A stretch of 57,401 nucleotides of DNA, from IMG/VR virus record IMGVR_UViG_3300011013_003468, positions 1-57,401 of that record. One strand, 5' to 3'. The notes beneath the pieces are model-generated. The model saw only the letters and a program-made list of their open reading frames with translations, was not told the origin of the DNA and made no database searches. Position 1 is the first letter of the stretch. Each line of letters begins with the position of its first letter. This stretch comes from a virus (taxonomy: Duplodnaviria; Caudoviricetes). A program made the position numbers and the translations under genes. Shown in pieces: positions 35,101 to 44,795 of the stretch.

Positions 35101-38100
35101 AAGTTTCATCTATTTGTTGTAATAAAGAACTAAAATTACTTTCTAAAGCGTAAACACCAATTAATATAGAACCAGATGAACCTTTTTTCATTGTATCATT
35201 ATGATATTCATCATCAAATATTCCAAAATTATATTTTGTTCTACCTTTATTTATTAATTTATCTATTGTATTTGCTTGATTTATAGCTTCATCTAATGGC
35301 AATACCTTTAATATTTTTCTTTGTACTTCTTTTTGTGGTGAAGCTAATATTTGATTATACATATATATAATTTCATTTTCAATAGATTTTTTAATTTCTT
35401 CTTTTTTTTCTTTTATTTCATTTTCAATAGATTTAATTTTTTTTCTTTGTTCTTTTTTAGATAATTTTTTAAATTCATAATTTTCTTTTACATTTTCACC
35501 ATTCTTCTTAGCTTCTAAAAAATCTTTTATAAAATCTGATTTATCTAATTTATATAAATATTTATATTTTTTATATTTATTTTTTAAATCATTTAATTCT
35601 TCTGTTAAATTATCTATATTAACATCTTTATTATATTTTGTTATTTTACCATCTTCATTTATATCATACCAGTAACTATATGTAAATTCTTTATCAAAAT
35701 CAAAATCTAATCCTTTTGTTTTTAATAAATTATCAGGAACAATTATAACATCTCCTTGTACTTCAGGTAAAAATCCAGCTATTTCAATTGCTGCACTTAA
35801 TGAATGACTTGATGTTGGTATTCTTGTACTAATTAATTCTAATAATTCATCATCTATCATTCCTGGTTTTAAAACTTTCCTTTTAGTTTTTTCATCTATT
35901 TCCCAATATTTTTCATCTGTAATATCTATTAACTTATTATTTTTATCTTTAAAACGTGATGGAACAAAAACTTGGAATCTTTGTAAAACTTTTTTACCAT
36001 TTTTATCTTTTATATAAGAATTTTGTAATCCTTTTTCAAAATCAAATTTATTAGTATATATAATATTATCTAAATCTATATTTTTAGTATCTGCTATTTC
36101 CCACCCTGCTGATGATGAAGCTATATAAGAATATCCAGGAAATTTTAATTTTAAAATATTATTTCTAACTATTGATATTAATAATGCTTGAAATTTTTTA
36201 CTGTCATTAAGCATCCATAAAGGAATATCAAAATATATTTTTTGTTCACCATTTTTTTCTTCTTTTGTTTTATAACTAATACTATCAATATCACTTGTAT
36301 TTAAATTTCTACTTTTAGCTTCTTTTTTTATAAGTTTTATTAAATTTTTTACAAAAATCTTATTATTAGCATTATTATTTAATGAAAATCCTAATTCGTC
36401 TTTTAATTGCTCTGTTATTATATTTACTAAATTTATAAGATATTCTTCATGTTTTTCTCTTAATTCTTTACCTGTAATTGCTTTATTATGATAATTAAAT
36501 ATAAAATTAGTAAAACCATTGCCAAACATTAATTTACTTAATTGAGTTACCATACTTACAGTATTTGGCTTATTTTTACCTGCTTTATACGGTGCTTCTT
36601 GTTGTATTCTAAAATAATTATTTGATAAAACTAAACTTGCTTTTTTTAATTCTTCTATTGTTAAATCTCTAATAGTATTATTAGGATGATATATATTTAA
36701 TGGTTCTTTAATATTCCCTAATTTTGTAGCAGTACTATATGAAGCAATAACATTTTTATTACTATCGTTTTCTAATTTTTCTAATGCTCTTCTTAATTTA
36801 TTTATTTCTTTACCAATAGTTGTCTGTGGTATTAATACTATTGCTGCTGATTTTATATAAACTAATCTATTAGCATCATTTTCTTGATCAGGTATAAATC
36901 CTCCATATACAGGTTTTTCATTTTGTAATACTAAATTTAATTCTTCTTCTGATAATAAATCTTCTTTTTCTAATTTTAGACCTTTATTTTCTTTTTCAAT
37001 TTGTCTATTAATTTTTTCTAATAATTTATCATAAGTTTTTCTATCTATCTTACCATAAGTTAATAAATGATTTAAAGCAGTTCTTGCTGTTTGATATTCT
37101 TGAGCATCAGTATCTTCTATTTCCATAAAATATGATAATATATTTTTACTATCATATTGTAAAATAAGATTTTTTAGATAATCAATACCTTCTCTTAATT
37201 GTGATTCTGTATCTTTAGATACATTTGGTAATTTATTTTCTAATAATAATGTTAATTCATTTTGTGTTTCTTTTAATAATTTAGTTAATTCTGTAACTTT
37301 ATTACCTATTTCATTACCATAATGTAATGATGCTATATATCCTAAATTATCTGATAATTTTATATTATCTTTTAAAAATACTCTTATATGACTTGAATTT
37401 CTTGAATTTTCAGAAACTATACCAGGAGCTATTAAAATTGCTAAACGTTTACTAACATTATCATAAGCTTTATTTAATACACTTCTAATATTAGTACTTT
37501 CCCACGGTTTTTCTTTATTATCCAATCCTTTTGTGTATAATGCTAAATCACCTGCATATAATTGGAATATAGCAGAATTATGCAAAATATCATTTACTAT
37601 ATAATCTGCTACTGCTATTTGTGTATTTTTTAAACTTTTAAATTCGCCTCCTATTTTTGATATATAATTATTAGAAAATTTGATAGATTTTCCCTTTTCA
37701 TCTATTATGCCTAGTTCTACTAATTTTTTTAATTTTTTATTATATTTAGATAGTAACATACTATTTAAAATATTATAAAAATTTTGTCTTGAATCTTCTA
37801 TAACATTATCCAAATTACCTTTTGAAAATAATTCTTGTATATGTTTTCCATCTATTCTAACATTATTTAATTCCTTAATTGAAAATATTAATCCTGATTC
37901 TTTATAATTAGCAATATTGGGATCTTTATTTTCAATAAGAATATTATACATTCTTTTAATTTCAGGAACAACTACTTGTTCATATATTACTTTTAAAATT
38001 TTATCATCAAATTTTTTTAATTTTTTATTATTTTCAAAATTCAAATGACTTTCTTTTATTTTTAAAGCAGGAAGTAATAATAATAATTGTTGTGTTTTAT

Positions 38101-41100
38101 CAGACATTGTAGGAAACATTTTTCTAACAAATCTTGTTTCAAATCCCTTATATATAATATCACTTGTAGGATTTGACATATCTTGAAATAAAATTAAATT
38201 AACTATTTCTTTATCTAATTCTGATAACTTTGTAACATTAAAATCACCAAATAATTTACTACCTATTTTTTGTATTGCACTTAGAGATAAATATTCTAAT
38301 TTAAAATAATCTTTATATTTTCCTGGTTTTAATAGAGATTCTAATATAATATTATCCGATAATATACTAAATTTTTTTAAATTTTTAATAAAATTTTTAT
38401 CATTTTTTAAATTATCAGTTAATTCAGTAGCCATATTTCTACTATTAATAAGATATATATTTTTACCATTTATATTTATAGATAGTGATGGTGGATAACT
38501 ATTATAAGTACTTTCTATACCAGTAATAGTATACCCATTAGAACCCATTAAATCTTTTAAATGTGGTAAATTATCTAAATTATAATTTTCATCTATATTT
38601 TTTCCATTATCTAATATATATTTAAAAATACGACCAATAGAATTTATATTTGTTTCAGAATCTATTCTTACTAATTGATCTAAAGTATATGTTTTTATTT
38701 TTTTATTTTCTCTTATTCTTATGCCAACATCACTTAAATATTTTATTGTATTTTTATCTACATTTATACCTAATTTATTTAATATATTTTTAATTTTAAT
38801 ATGAATTTCTTCATTAGTATAATCAATTTTTTCATTTTTACCATAATAAATATCATCACCAATTTTATAAAAATAAATTTCACCAATTCCTTTTTTATTA
38901 TTTTCTATTCCTATATTATAAGAATATTTTACAAATTCATTTGATTTATTATTTAAAATAGCTTCTGCTATTAATCCAATATTTCTTGTTCTTTTATCAT
39001 TTTTTAATTTTTCAATTGTATCTTTTGAAAATTTACCGCCTTTCAATAATTTATTAAAAATATTATTATTTAATTTTAAAACACTATTTGAATTTTTTAC
39101 TGACGGAATAACTTCTAATATATCTTTAACAATTTCATTATAAAAATCTTTATTAAATGAAAATTTATCATTTTTATAATTAAATAAACCTGAAATTTGA
39201 AATCCATTATTCCAACTATTCATTATTCTTCTTCTAATATCTAATATATTAGCATCTTGAACTTTAAAATTAAATTCTTTATTTTTAGTTTCTTGAATAG
39301 TTGGGCTTTTCATTATTATAAAATGCTTTGCAAAATTAACAACAAACTGTGTTTTTAATAAATCATCTACTTTATTTAATCTTTCTATTAAATCATTAAC
39401 CCAAAATATTTTATCTTTATATTTTTTTAATTTATTTATCATCAATTCATAATTAGGAGATATGTCTTCTTCAAATAATAACAATTCTGCTACTTTATCA
39501 TATATTTCATCAAAATAATAGTATATTGGTAATCCATAAGAGTTTAATACAGGTTTGTTATTTTTTGTTCTAACTTCTAAATTATCAAAAAATCTTCGTA
39601 ATTTATAAGGAAATTTGCTTTTACCATTTTCTTCTAATATACTTTTGCCAAATTTTTTTTCATATCCTTCTACATTTTCTTCATTTATACCATAAATATC
39701 TTCTTCTGTCATTTGACCTGAATATGATTCGTCTGATTCTTCTATATTAATATCGTTTTCTTCTATTTTGGTTTTAACAATATTTATTTTTTCATACACT
39801 TTTTCTTTAGCTAATTCTAATAATTTATCAAAATTCTTTTTTACAATATCATATCTTTTTAATAAATCTTCTGTTTTTGATTTTAATAATAATAATTTAT
39901 CACGAACTTCTTTATCTAATTTATCTTCGTATAATTCTAAAGCTTTATTTGTATCAAACAATAAATTTTTTTTATCTTCTATTGTTTTTCCTAGAACTTC
40001 ATCAAATTTTAATTTTAATTCTTTATTTAATTCTTCTTCTAATATTACATTATTATCACTTTGATTTAATTCATTAAATTTATCTGATATTTTATTAGAT
40101 AAATATCTAACCATTTCTGAAATTTCCATAGGATTCATACCCTCAATTTCAGTTATATTATTATAATATTCTTGTAGCGATTTTAATGTTAAGATTTTTG
40201 GACTTAAATCATTGCCATAAACACTATCGATATTATTAGTATCTATATTTAATTTATCTGCTTCTTCAAGTAATTTTTTAACAATATCAGGTAATTCGTT
40301 TTCAATAATTTTATCTATTTTTTCTTCTTCTTTTACTAACTCTGATTCTTCTTTAATATCAATTTTTTGTTTATTTTCTGATTTCAAAATTAATCGATAT
40401 TTAATAATAGGTTGTACTAAAGTTATCCATTTTGGATTATTATTATCCCCTATATTATAAGATAAAATATTACTTTCAAAATTATCAGCTAATATTTTTG
40501 ATAAAGTTCTATCTGCTACAATACCATTATCTGTTAATAATGGAATTTCTTTATTATAATAATTATATAAATTACTTTCTGTAGTTGCTAATCTAATTTT
40601 ATTACCATTTCTATCAAACCATTGATCTATTTTTTCAGATAATTTATTATCAGTTTTATTATTAGGATCTATAACTAATAAATCATGATTCATATTTTCA
40701 TCGATTGTATCTAATATAATTCTATTTCCTAAAATACCAATATAAACAGGCTTTCTTGATAATGAATTAGCAACTTTTGTTACAAAATTTGCCAATGTAT
40801 TATTAATAGCATCTTTTACACTATTAAATTCATCTACTGTTTCTCTACTAAGTCTAATTATTGTAAAATTTTTTATATAATTCATTAATCCCATTATATT
40901 ATCTAATGAAATATCAATTTGATTATTTACTACATTTAAATTTTCTTTATTAGTATTTGGAGAATAATAGGTTTTTATTGCATTTTTAATTGATTCTATT
41001 ATTTGTTTATCTTCTAAATTATGTTCATTAGTTTCATTATTATGCGGTTGAGTTAATTTATATATTCCATATACTTTATATTGAATACCTTTAACCATTT

Positions 41101-44100
41101 GATATCTTAAAAATCTTATATCAACATTATTTCCTATTTTTATATTATTATGAAAGAATATAATTTTATTTTCATCATCTATGGTATGTGCACCTGGTTT
41201 ATCACTTTTACTAACATCTATTATATGTTTTTTACCTTTAAAAATTATTTGACCTGCACTTTGACCATTTCTAATTACACTAGATATATTAAAATCTGGA
41301 TTTCTTTTAGATAAAGCTAATGATTCTCCTGTTTCTATTTGTGAACCTGTTATATCTGTTATTTCTATATCTAAACTTCCGTTTTCATATAATAATTTTC
41401 TAAATTCTTTAACAGTTTTTCTTGCTTCTTTAATTATTGCTTTTTGCTTTTCTGTATTTTCTTTTCCTATATGTCTTTTATTATACCAACTTGGTATATT
41501 TACTAAAAATATTTGTTCATTTGTAGTTGGATCAACAGCTACAAAAGGAAAATTATCAATATACTCTTGTGAACCTATTTCAAAATTCCAATCTTTAAAT
41601 GGTTTACTACCAAGATTGTTTCCTTCATTATCATATATAGTTACTACAACATTATTAAAATCTTTAGCAGGTTTAATTTTAAATTTTTTACCTACTTTCA
41701 TATAATCATAATCAACACATTTTTCAGGTGCAATATCAGTGCTTTCTTTTGGTTGTTTAGTTTTAGGATCAATAAATATATAAGTAGCTTTTAATTCACT
41801 TGTAATTATTTTAGAAGTAAATGTTTCATCTTCTTCTTCTTTTTCTTCTTCTTTTTCTCTATTATTTTTTTCTTCTTCAATCTTATTTTTTTTATCCTCT
41901 TTTTCAGTTTTTTCTAATTCTTTAGTATCTTCAATATCTTCTAATTCAGTATTAACAGGCTCTATTGTTTCTTCAAATTCTTCTATTAAAGAATTGATTG
42001 GATTAAATACTTTATTATAAATTTCTTTATAATTTGCTTTTTTAAAATTATTATCTTTCCATGCAACTACAAAATAATTAAATAATTTATCAATTTCTTT
42101 TTTTGGATAAAATTGTTTTAAATAACGTAAAAAATTTTCAAAAGATGGATCTTTACCAATTTGATATTCTAATTTTTTAATCATTTGATTTAAAAGTCCT
42201 GCTCTTTTAATTCTAGCTTTTTCACTATATGATTTAGGATTAAAGTCATCATTTATAGATTCTTCATCAAATAATTCGTCTAACGGAGATTTTTCTTTTT
42301 TTATTTCTTCTTTTTTTGTTTCCTCGTTTTTTGTTTCTTCTTTTTTTGTTTCTTTTGTTTTTTCTTTTTTCTTTATTTCTTCTTTTTTTTCTAATTCCTT
42401 TTCTAATTTTTTATTTTCACCAATAACTTCATCACCTGTTTCTTCAACATTTTTAAATATTTCAAATATCTGATCTATTTCTCTTTCAGGTTTTGGTTCT
42501 TTATCATCTATCTTTTTATCATCTACGGGTTTTTCAAAATTTGTATTATCTAAACTTGCATTATTTACTATAGTTTTAATTTTTAATTTTTTAGATTTAA
42601 TAACTTTTTTATCTATTAGTTCTTTTTTTTCTTTTTTTATTTTTTCTAATGGTTTTCTTTTTTTATTTAATTCTTCATTATTTTTTATTCTTTTTTGTAT
42701 TGCTTTAATTACTTTTTCTTGATGTTCAGGTGATAATTGTGTTTGTAATTCTTTTTTAATAGATTCAAAAGCTTTTTTTGTAGATAATAATCTAGCATTA
42801 TCATTTATTAATGTTTGTATTTCTATAGGGTCTTCATTATATACTCTATAAAAATTATCTGTAACTTTCCCTCTAAATTTTTCAATATAATCTAATGTTT
42901 TATATAAATTTTCTAAATTATCAATATTTTTATTATCTATATTTTGTTCATTTGTTATTTTTAATTTTTTTTCTTTACCTTTAACATTTATAGGTTTTGA
43001 CTGATTTTTAAAAACACTTTTATTAGATGTTAGTTCTACTATTTTTTCTTTTATTATATCATATAATGAATTAGCAGCCGCTTTATTTAAATCATCTGTT
43101 ATATTATCTATTGAATATCCTTCATGAGTATAATTTAATAATTTTTCTTTTAAATTTTTATCTGTATTATTAATACTTTCTTGCAAAATATTTTTATTAA
43201 ATGCTAATACAACAGCATCTTCTAATGAATTTCTATCTACATGCTCTTTATAAGTATCATATATTTTTTGAAAATTATTAATATCATTAGTATAAGTATC
43301 TATTTCTTTTAATAATAAATCTTTTGTTTTAGGATTTTTTAAATTTAATTCTTTTAATAATTGTTCATCATTTGATGATAAACCTTCTTTTAATGCTGAT
43401 AAATATTCTTTATATGATTTTAAAGCTTTCCCTTCTCTATTTGAAACATGATCTAAATGTAAAGCATGAATCCCCATAACAGCATTAAGACTTCTTCTAT
43501 TAGCCATTGCCTCTTCAAAGTTACCTTTTTGCTCTGCTTTTTTAATTTCTTTTATTAATTCTATTTTTCGTCCTACTAAGGTACTATTATAAATATTATA
43601 TTGATCATCAAAATATTTTTCTGTTCTGTTATTCATTATTTTTCTAACAACAGGTGAGCCAAAATCCATTATAATACCACCAATAGCTCCACCAAAGAAT
43701 GCATTCCAATTATCAGCATCTTTCATATATTTATTAAATCTTTTACTAGCTAAAATTGGTTTATCTATTAAACCTGATGCTAATTTAGAATGATATGCTG
43801 ATTCATCTTGAATAATATTTTGAATAAATTCTTCACTTCCTTCTGATAATGATATAGCTCCTGCTTTTGCTATTCCTCTACCTACAGCAGTTGGTATTTT
43901 AGAAATTAATTTTTCCATTAATTCTTCTGATGCACCTGATACAGGATTGACAAACATTGTCCTAATACCTACAACATCTAAAATAGCTAATGGCATATTT
44001 TTCCAAAAAGTTTCGCTTGCTGCTCTTGAACTTAATGCAATAGCTGAATCTTTATCAAAACCTTTTTGTAAATACTCTTGTTCTAATTGATTTTGTGTTT

Positions 44101-44794
44101 GTTCTGCTTCTAATACTGATTCCTTATATCTTGAAAATACAGCCATTGTAGTAGCAAAATTTTTTATTTTTTTTGATTTACTTGCTATTTTAAATATATC
44201 TGTCATTTTTTCAGTTGCCGATAATGCTTTAGGTATTTCAGCAACATCACCTATTCCACCAGTAGCTGCTGTTATTAAAGCTGTTTCTAACATTGCCTCC
44301 AAAGCTAATCCTGTTACTTGTCCAGCTGTTTTTATTTGATTAAACCACCATGCTGGGTCAGCAAAATTAACACTACCTGGTTTCTTTTCATAAATAGGTT
44401 TTTCTGATTTGCGTATATTATTAGCTGTTCTAAAAAAAACATTATTAATTTCACCATCTATTAATCCTATTGAATTTAAACCAGCCCTTATATCTACTGT
44501 TGATCCTAATGCTTCTATAAATCCAGCTGCAAATTCCTTTCCAAAATTAGCTGCTCCTCTACCTATTTGCTCACCTAATGGTTGTAATAAACTTGCCATG
44601 TGTACAACATCAGGTGTTGATAAATTAGGATTTACATTATTTAAATACTTCATTTGTTCATCGTAACTATGTATCCCTACAAGACCTCCTGTTCTTAAAA
44701 TAGCTTCTCTTGCTTTGCCATTAAATGGATTTACATATTTAGCATTTATTATATTAGGATTATTTTTTATTATATATTTTGGATCAGTATTCAT
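32159..44794 (-). CDS. 4211-aa virion RNA polymerase (crAss-like two-barrel type) with N-terminal ejection-protein-like region and C-terminal zincin
   Basis: Catalytic loop GLDFDFDK (35693-35707) preceded by RIPTSSHS; TDAQEY; KPVY..YIKSA; HEYIH..REFIT zincin (32834-32848). Confidence 0.9.
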   Translation of the reverse strand: MNTDPKYIIKNNPNIINAKYVNPFNGKAREAILRTGGLVGIHSYDEQMKYLNNVNPNLSTPDVVHMASLLQPLGEQIGRGAANFGKEFAAGFIEALGSTVDIRAGLNSIGLIDGEINNVFFRTANNIRKSEKPIYEKKPGSVNFADPAWWFNQIKTAGQVTGLALEAMLETALITAATGGIGDVAEIPKALSATEKMTDIFKIASKSKKIKNFATTMAVFSRYKESVLEAEQTQNQLEQEYLQKGFDKDSAIALSSRAASETFWKNMPLAILDVVGIRTMFVNPVSGASEELMEKLISKIPTAVGRGIAKAGAISLSEGSEEFIQNIIQDESAYHSKLASGLIDKPILASKRFNKYMKDADNWNAFFGGAIGGIIMDFGSPVVRKIMNNRTEKYFDDQYNIYNSTLVGRKIELIKEIKKAEQKGNFEEAMANRRSLNAVMGIHALHLDHVSNREGKALKSYKEYLSALKEGLSSNDEQLLKELNLKNPKTKDLLLKEIDTYTNDINNFQKIYDTYKEHVDRNSLEDAVVLAFNKNILQESINNTDKNLKEKLLNYTHEGYSIDNITDDLNKAAANSLYDIIKEKIVELTSNKSVFKNQSKPINVKGKEKKLKITNEQNIDNKNIDNLENLYKTLDYIEKFRGKVTDNFYRVYNEDPIEIQTLINDNARLLSTKKAFESIKKELQTQLSPEHQEKVIKAIQKRIKNNEELNKKRKPLEKIKKEKKELIDKKVIKSKKLKIKTIVNNASLDNTNFEKPVDDKKIDDKEPKPEREIDQIFEIFKNVEETGDEVIGENKKLEKELEKKEEIKKKEKTKETKKEETKNEETKKEEIKKEKSPLDELFDEESINDDFNPKSYSEKARIKRAGLLNQMIKKLEYQIGKDPSFENFLRYLKQFYPKKEIDKLFNYFVVAWKDNNFKKANYKEIYNKVFNPINSLIEEFEETIEPVNTELEDIEDTKELEKTEKEDKKNKIEEEKNNREKEEEKEEEDETFTSKIITSELKATYIFIDPKTKQPKESTDIAPEKCVDYDYMKVGKKFKIKPAKDFNNVVVTIYDNEGNNLGSKPFKDWNFEIGSQEYIDNFPFVAVDPTTNEQIFLVNIPSWYNKRHIGKENTEKQKAIIKEARKTVKEFRKLLYENGSLDIEITDITGSQIETGESLALSKRNPDFNISSVIRNGQSAGQIIFKGKKHIIDVSKSDKPGAHTIDDENKIIFFHNNIKIGNNVDIRFLRYQMVKGIQYKVYGIYKLTQPHNNETNEHNLEDKQIIESIKNAIKTYYSPNTNKENLNVVNNQIDISLDNIMGLMNYIKNFTIIRLSRETVDEFNSVKDAINNTLANFVTKVANSLSRKPVYIGILGNRIILDTIDENMNHDLLVIDPNNKTDNKLSEKIDQWFDRNGNKIRLATTESNLYNYYNKEIPLLTDNGIVADRTLSKILADNFESNILSYNIGDNNNPKWITLVQPIIKYRLILKSENKQKIDIKEESELVKEEEKIDKIIENELPDIVKKLLEEADKLNIDTNNIDSVYGNDLSPKILTLKSLQEYYNNITEIEGMNPMEISEMVRYLSNKISDKFNELNQSDNNVILEEELNKELKLKFDEVLGKTIEDKKNLLFDTNKALELYEDKLDKEVRDKLLLLKSKTEDLLKRYDIVKKNFDKLLELAKEKVYEKINIVKTKIEENDINIEESDESYSGQMTEEDIYGINEENVEGYEKKFGKSILEENGKSKFPYKLRRFFDNLEVRTKNNKPVLNSYGLPIYYYFDEIYDKVAELLLFEEDISPNYELMINKLKKYKDKIFWVNDLIERLNKVDDLLKTQFVVNFAKHFIIMKSPTIQETKNKEFNFKVQDANILDIRRRIMNSWNNGFQISGLFNYKNDKFSFNKDFYNEIVKDILEVIPSVKNSNSVLKLNNNIFNKLLKGGKFSKDTIEKLKNDKRTRNIGLIAEAILNNKSNEFVKYSYNIGIENNKKGIGEIYFYKIGDDIYYGKNEKIDYTNEEIHIKIKNILNKLGINVDKNTIKYLSDVGIRIRENKKIKTYTLDQLVRIDSETNINSIGRIFKYILDNGKNIDENYNLDNLPHLKDLMGSNGYTITGIESTYNSYPPSLSININGKNIYLINSRNMATELTDNLKNDKNFIKNLKKFSILSDNIILESLLKPGKYKDYFKLEYLSLSAIQKIGSKLFGDFNVTKLSELDKEIVNLILFQDMSNPTSDIIYKGFETRFVRKMFPTMSDKTQQLLLLLPALKIKESHLNFENNKKLKKFDDKILKVIYEQVVVPEIKRMYNILIENKDPNIANYKESGLIFSIKELNNVRIDGKHIQELFSKGNLDNVIEDSRQNFYNILNSMLLSKYNKKLKKLVELGIIDEKGKSIKFSNNYISKIGGEFKSLKNTQIAVADYIVNDILHNSAIFQLYAGDLALYTKGLDNKEKPWESTNIRSVLNKAYDNVSKRLAILIAPGIVSENSRNSSHIRVFLKDNIKLSDNLGYIASLHYGNEIGNKVTELTKLLKETQNELTLLLENKLPNVSKDTESQLREGIDYLKNLILQYDSKNILSYFMEIEDTDAQEYQTARTALNHLLTYGKIDRKTYDKLLEKINRQIEKENKGLKLEKEDLLSEEELNLVLQNEKPVYGGFIPDQENDANRLVYIKSAAIVLIPQTTIGKEINKLRRALEKLENDSNKNVIASYSTATKLGNIKEPLNIYHPNNTIRDLTIEELKKASLVLSNNYFRIQQEAPYKAGKNKPNTVSMVTQLSKLMFGNGFTNFIFNYHNKAITGKELREKHEEYLINLVNIITEQLKDELGFSLNNNANNKIFVKNLIKLIKKEAKSRNLNTSDIDSISYKTKEEKNGEQKIYFDIPLWMLNDSKKFQALLISIVRNNILKLKFPGYSYIASSSAGWEIADTKNIDLDNIIYTNKFDFEKGLQNSYIKDKNGKKVLQRFQVFVPSRFKDKNNKLIDITDEKYWEIDEKTKRKVLKPGMIDDELLELISTRIPTSSHSLSAAIEIAGFLPEVQGDVIIVPDNLLKTKGLDFDFDKEFTYSYWYDINEDGKITKYNKDVNIDNLTEELNDLKNKYKKYKYLYKLDKSDFIKDFLEAKKNGENVKENYEFKKLSKKEQRKKIKSIENEIKEKKEEIKKSIENEIIYMYNQILASPQKEVQRKILKVLPLDEAINQANTIDKLINKGRTKYNFGIFDDEYHNDTMKKGSSGSILIGVYALESNFSSLLQQIDETLKVSDPSIFPKFKDIEGNIISFDGKLGKIKTLDGNRNITEVIEERVQTAVDNMKANVLGKVNLNKHTVNVDELLTLAGFDQAKSSQGNIYLSYYFLSQPIIKEYVKEIENLKAASSDYEANAESKLLEKILKKYNIENFDNINTDKIINVEDLINNLTNPNKEFQAIILKTFLNLSQYNDVLLNTVTALDISKRLAGDFTEIKDLVNNLEYLISPNGLFENPNVLLGEVIPITSTVDKNKYLDMGFIEIYNTLIKPSNYLSNMVLQGLSTTIKFYSSYYPEFNFLLHNELNKFLASSNATNKYKKKEYSKIFWANIKNFLLTDDILPFYSGTIENERNRLLLDTKNNISLALYSELLKNRNHPIFSNELLKRLDFKIAKKSGQYSTIEFVNTNGSLLYEDALYSAIDELIASNIELPDYNYDTANYKELDSKIFEPIISSNANVILSKENKLDLKINERGKFKLNGKSYKVINYGKLSVEELNELGYTGYTEPQYYYKIESFYTSRDYAQDLINYNLLTNPQTGPVEFTKYIPFSYFKNIGATKELFNYNDFINLSTNITNYITQLFQNYPEYAYKVKDDNKIKELEQQAIENPDLVPEFIAKYQKTDDKNKRYKLYKLINNKYIEIPTIKRGHIKIFNKNSLLAIDIEKEIEKSKEASISNTTKEDKLQKIKSYIDNDQLQELLGYILSILNDNNKRFKDLITEFIKFNKSTIHIKFDSSLNAKGTYKNGTIILNPNESNTPSKLLINLLHEYIHSITSDELKKYFIKSNGRLILDPNAPDHVKELGNIYIEALKLFSTNPYYISMKNKLDKMHIQGINNLSNLEVSLTPEEEAFYPLYNVREFITGMFTNKNFIQLLNSKKYKGKNIISKFVNAIRNFLNKLGIFKKGSLAEEAAIRIMNFVYNEYYPENLIDNKKTESNIKEKEIKEDKVEKNKIEENKIEENMNKNIKKEKDKEEEEINKKLSILKNILDNEHENC
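42292..42400 (-). repeat. degenerate 15-nt coding tandem repeat (KKEET-like linker)
   Basis: Encodes KKEEIKKKEKTKETKKEETKNEETKKEEIKKEK. Confidence 0.6.
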
Positions 44795-44795
44795 A

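Noticed and set aside
19913-44794. Inteins or self-splicing introns explaining the giant ORFs
   Set aside because: No C/S...HN-C/S/T splice junctions, LAGLIDADG/HNH motifs or frame breaks were seen; the inserts are ordinary enzyme domains.
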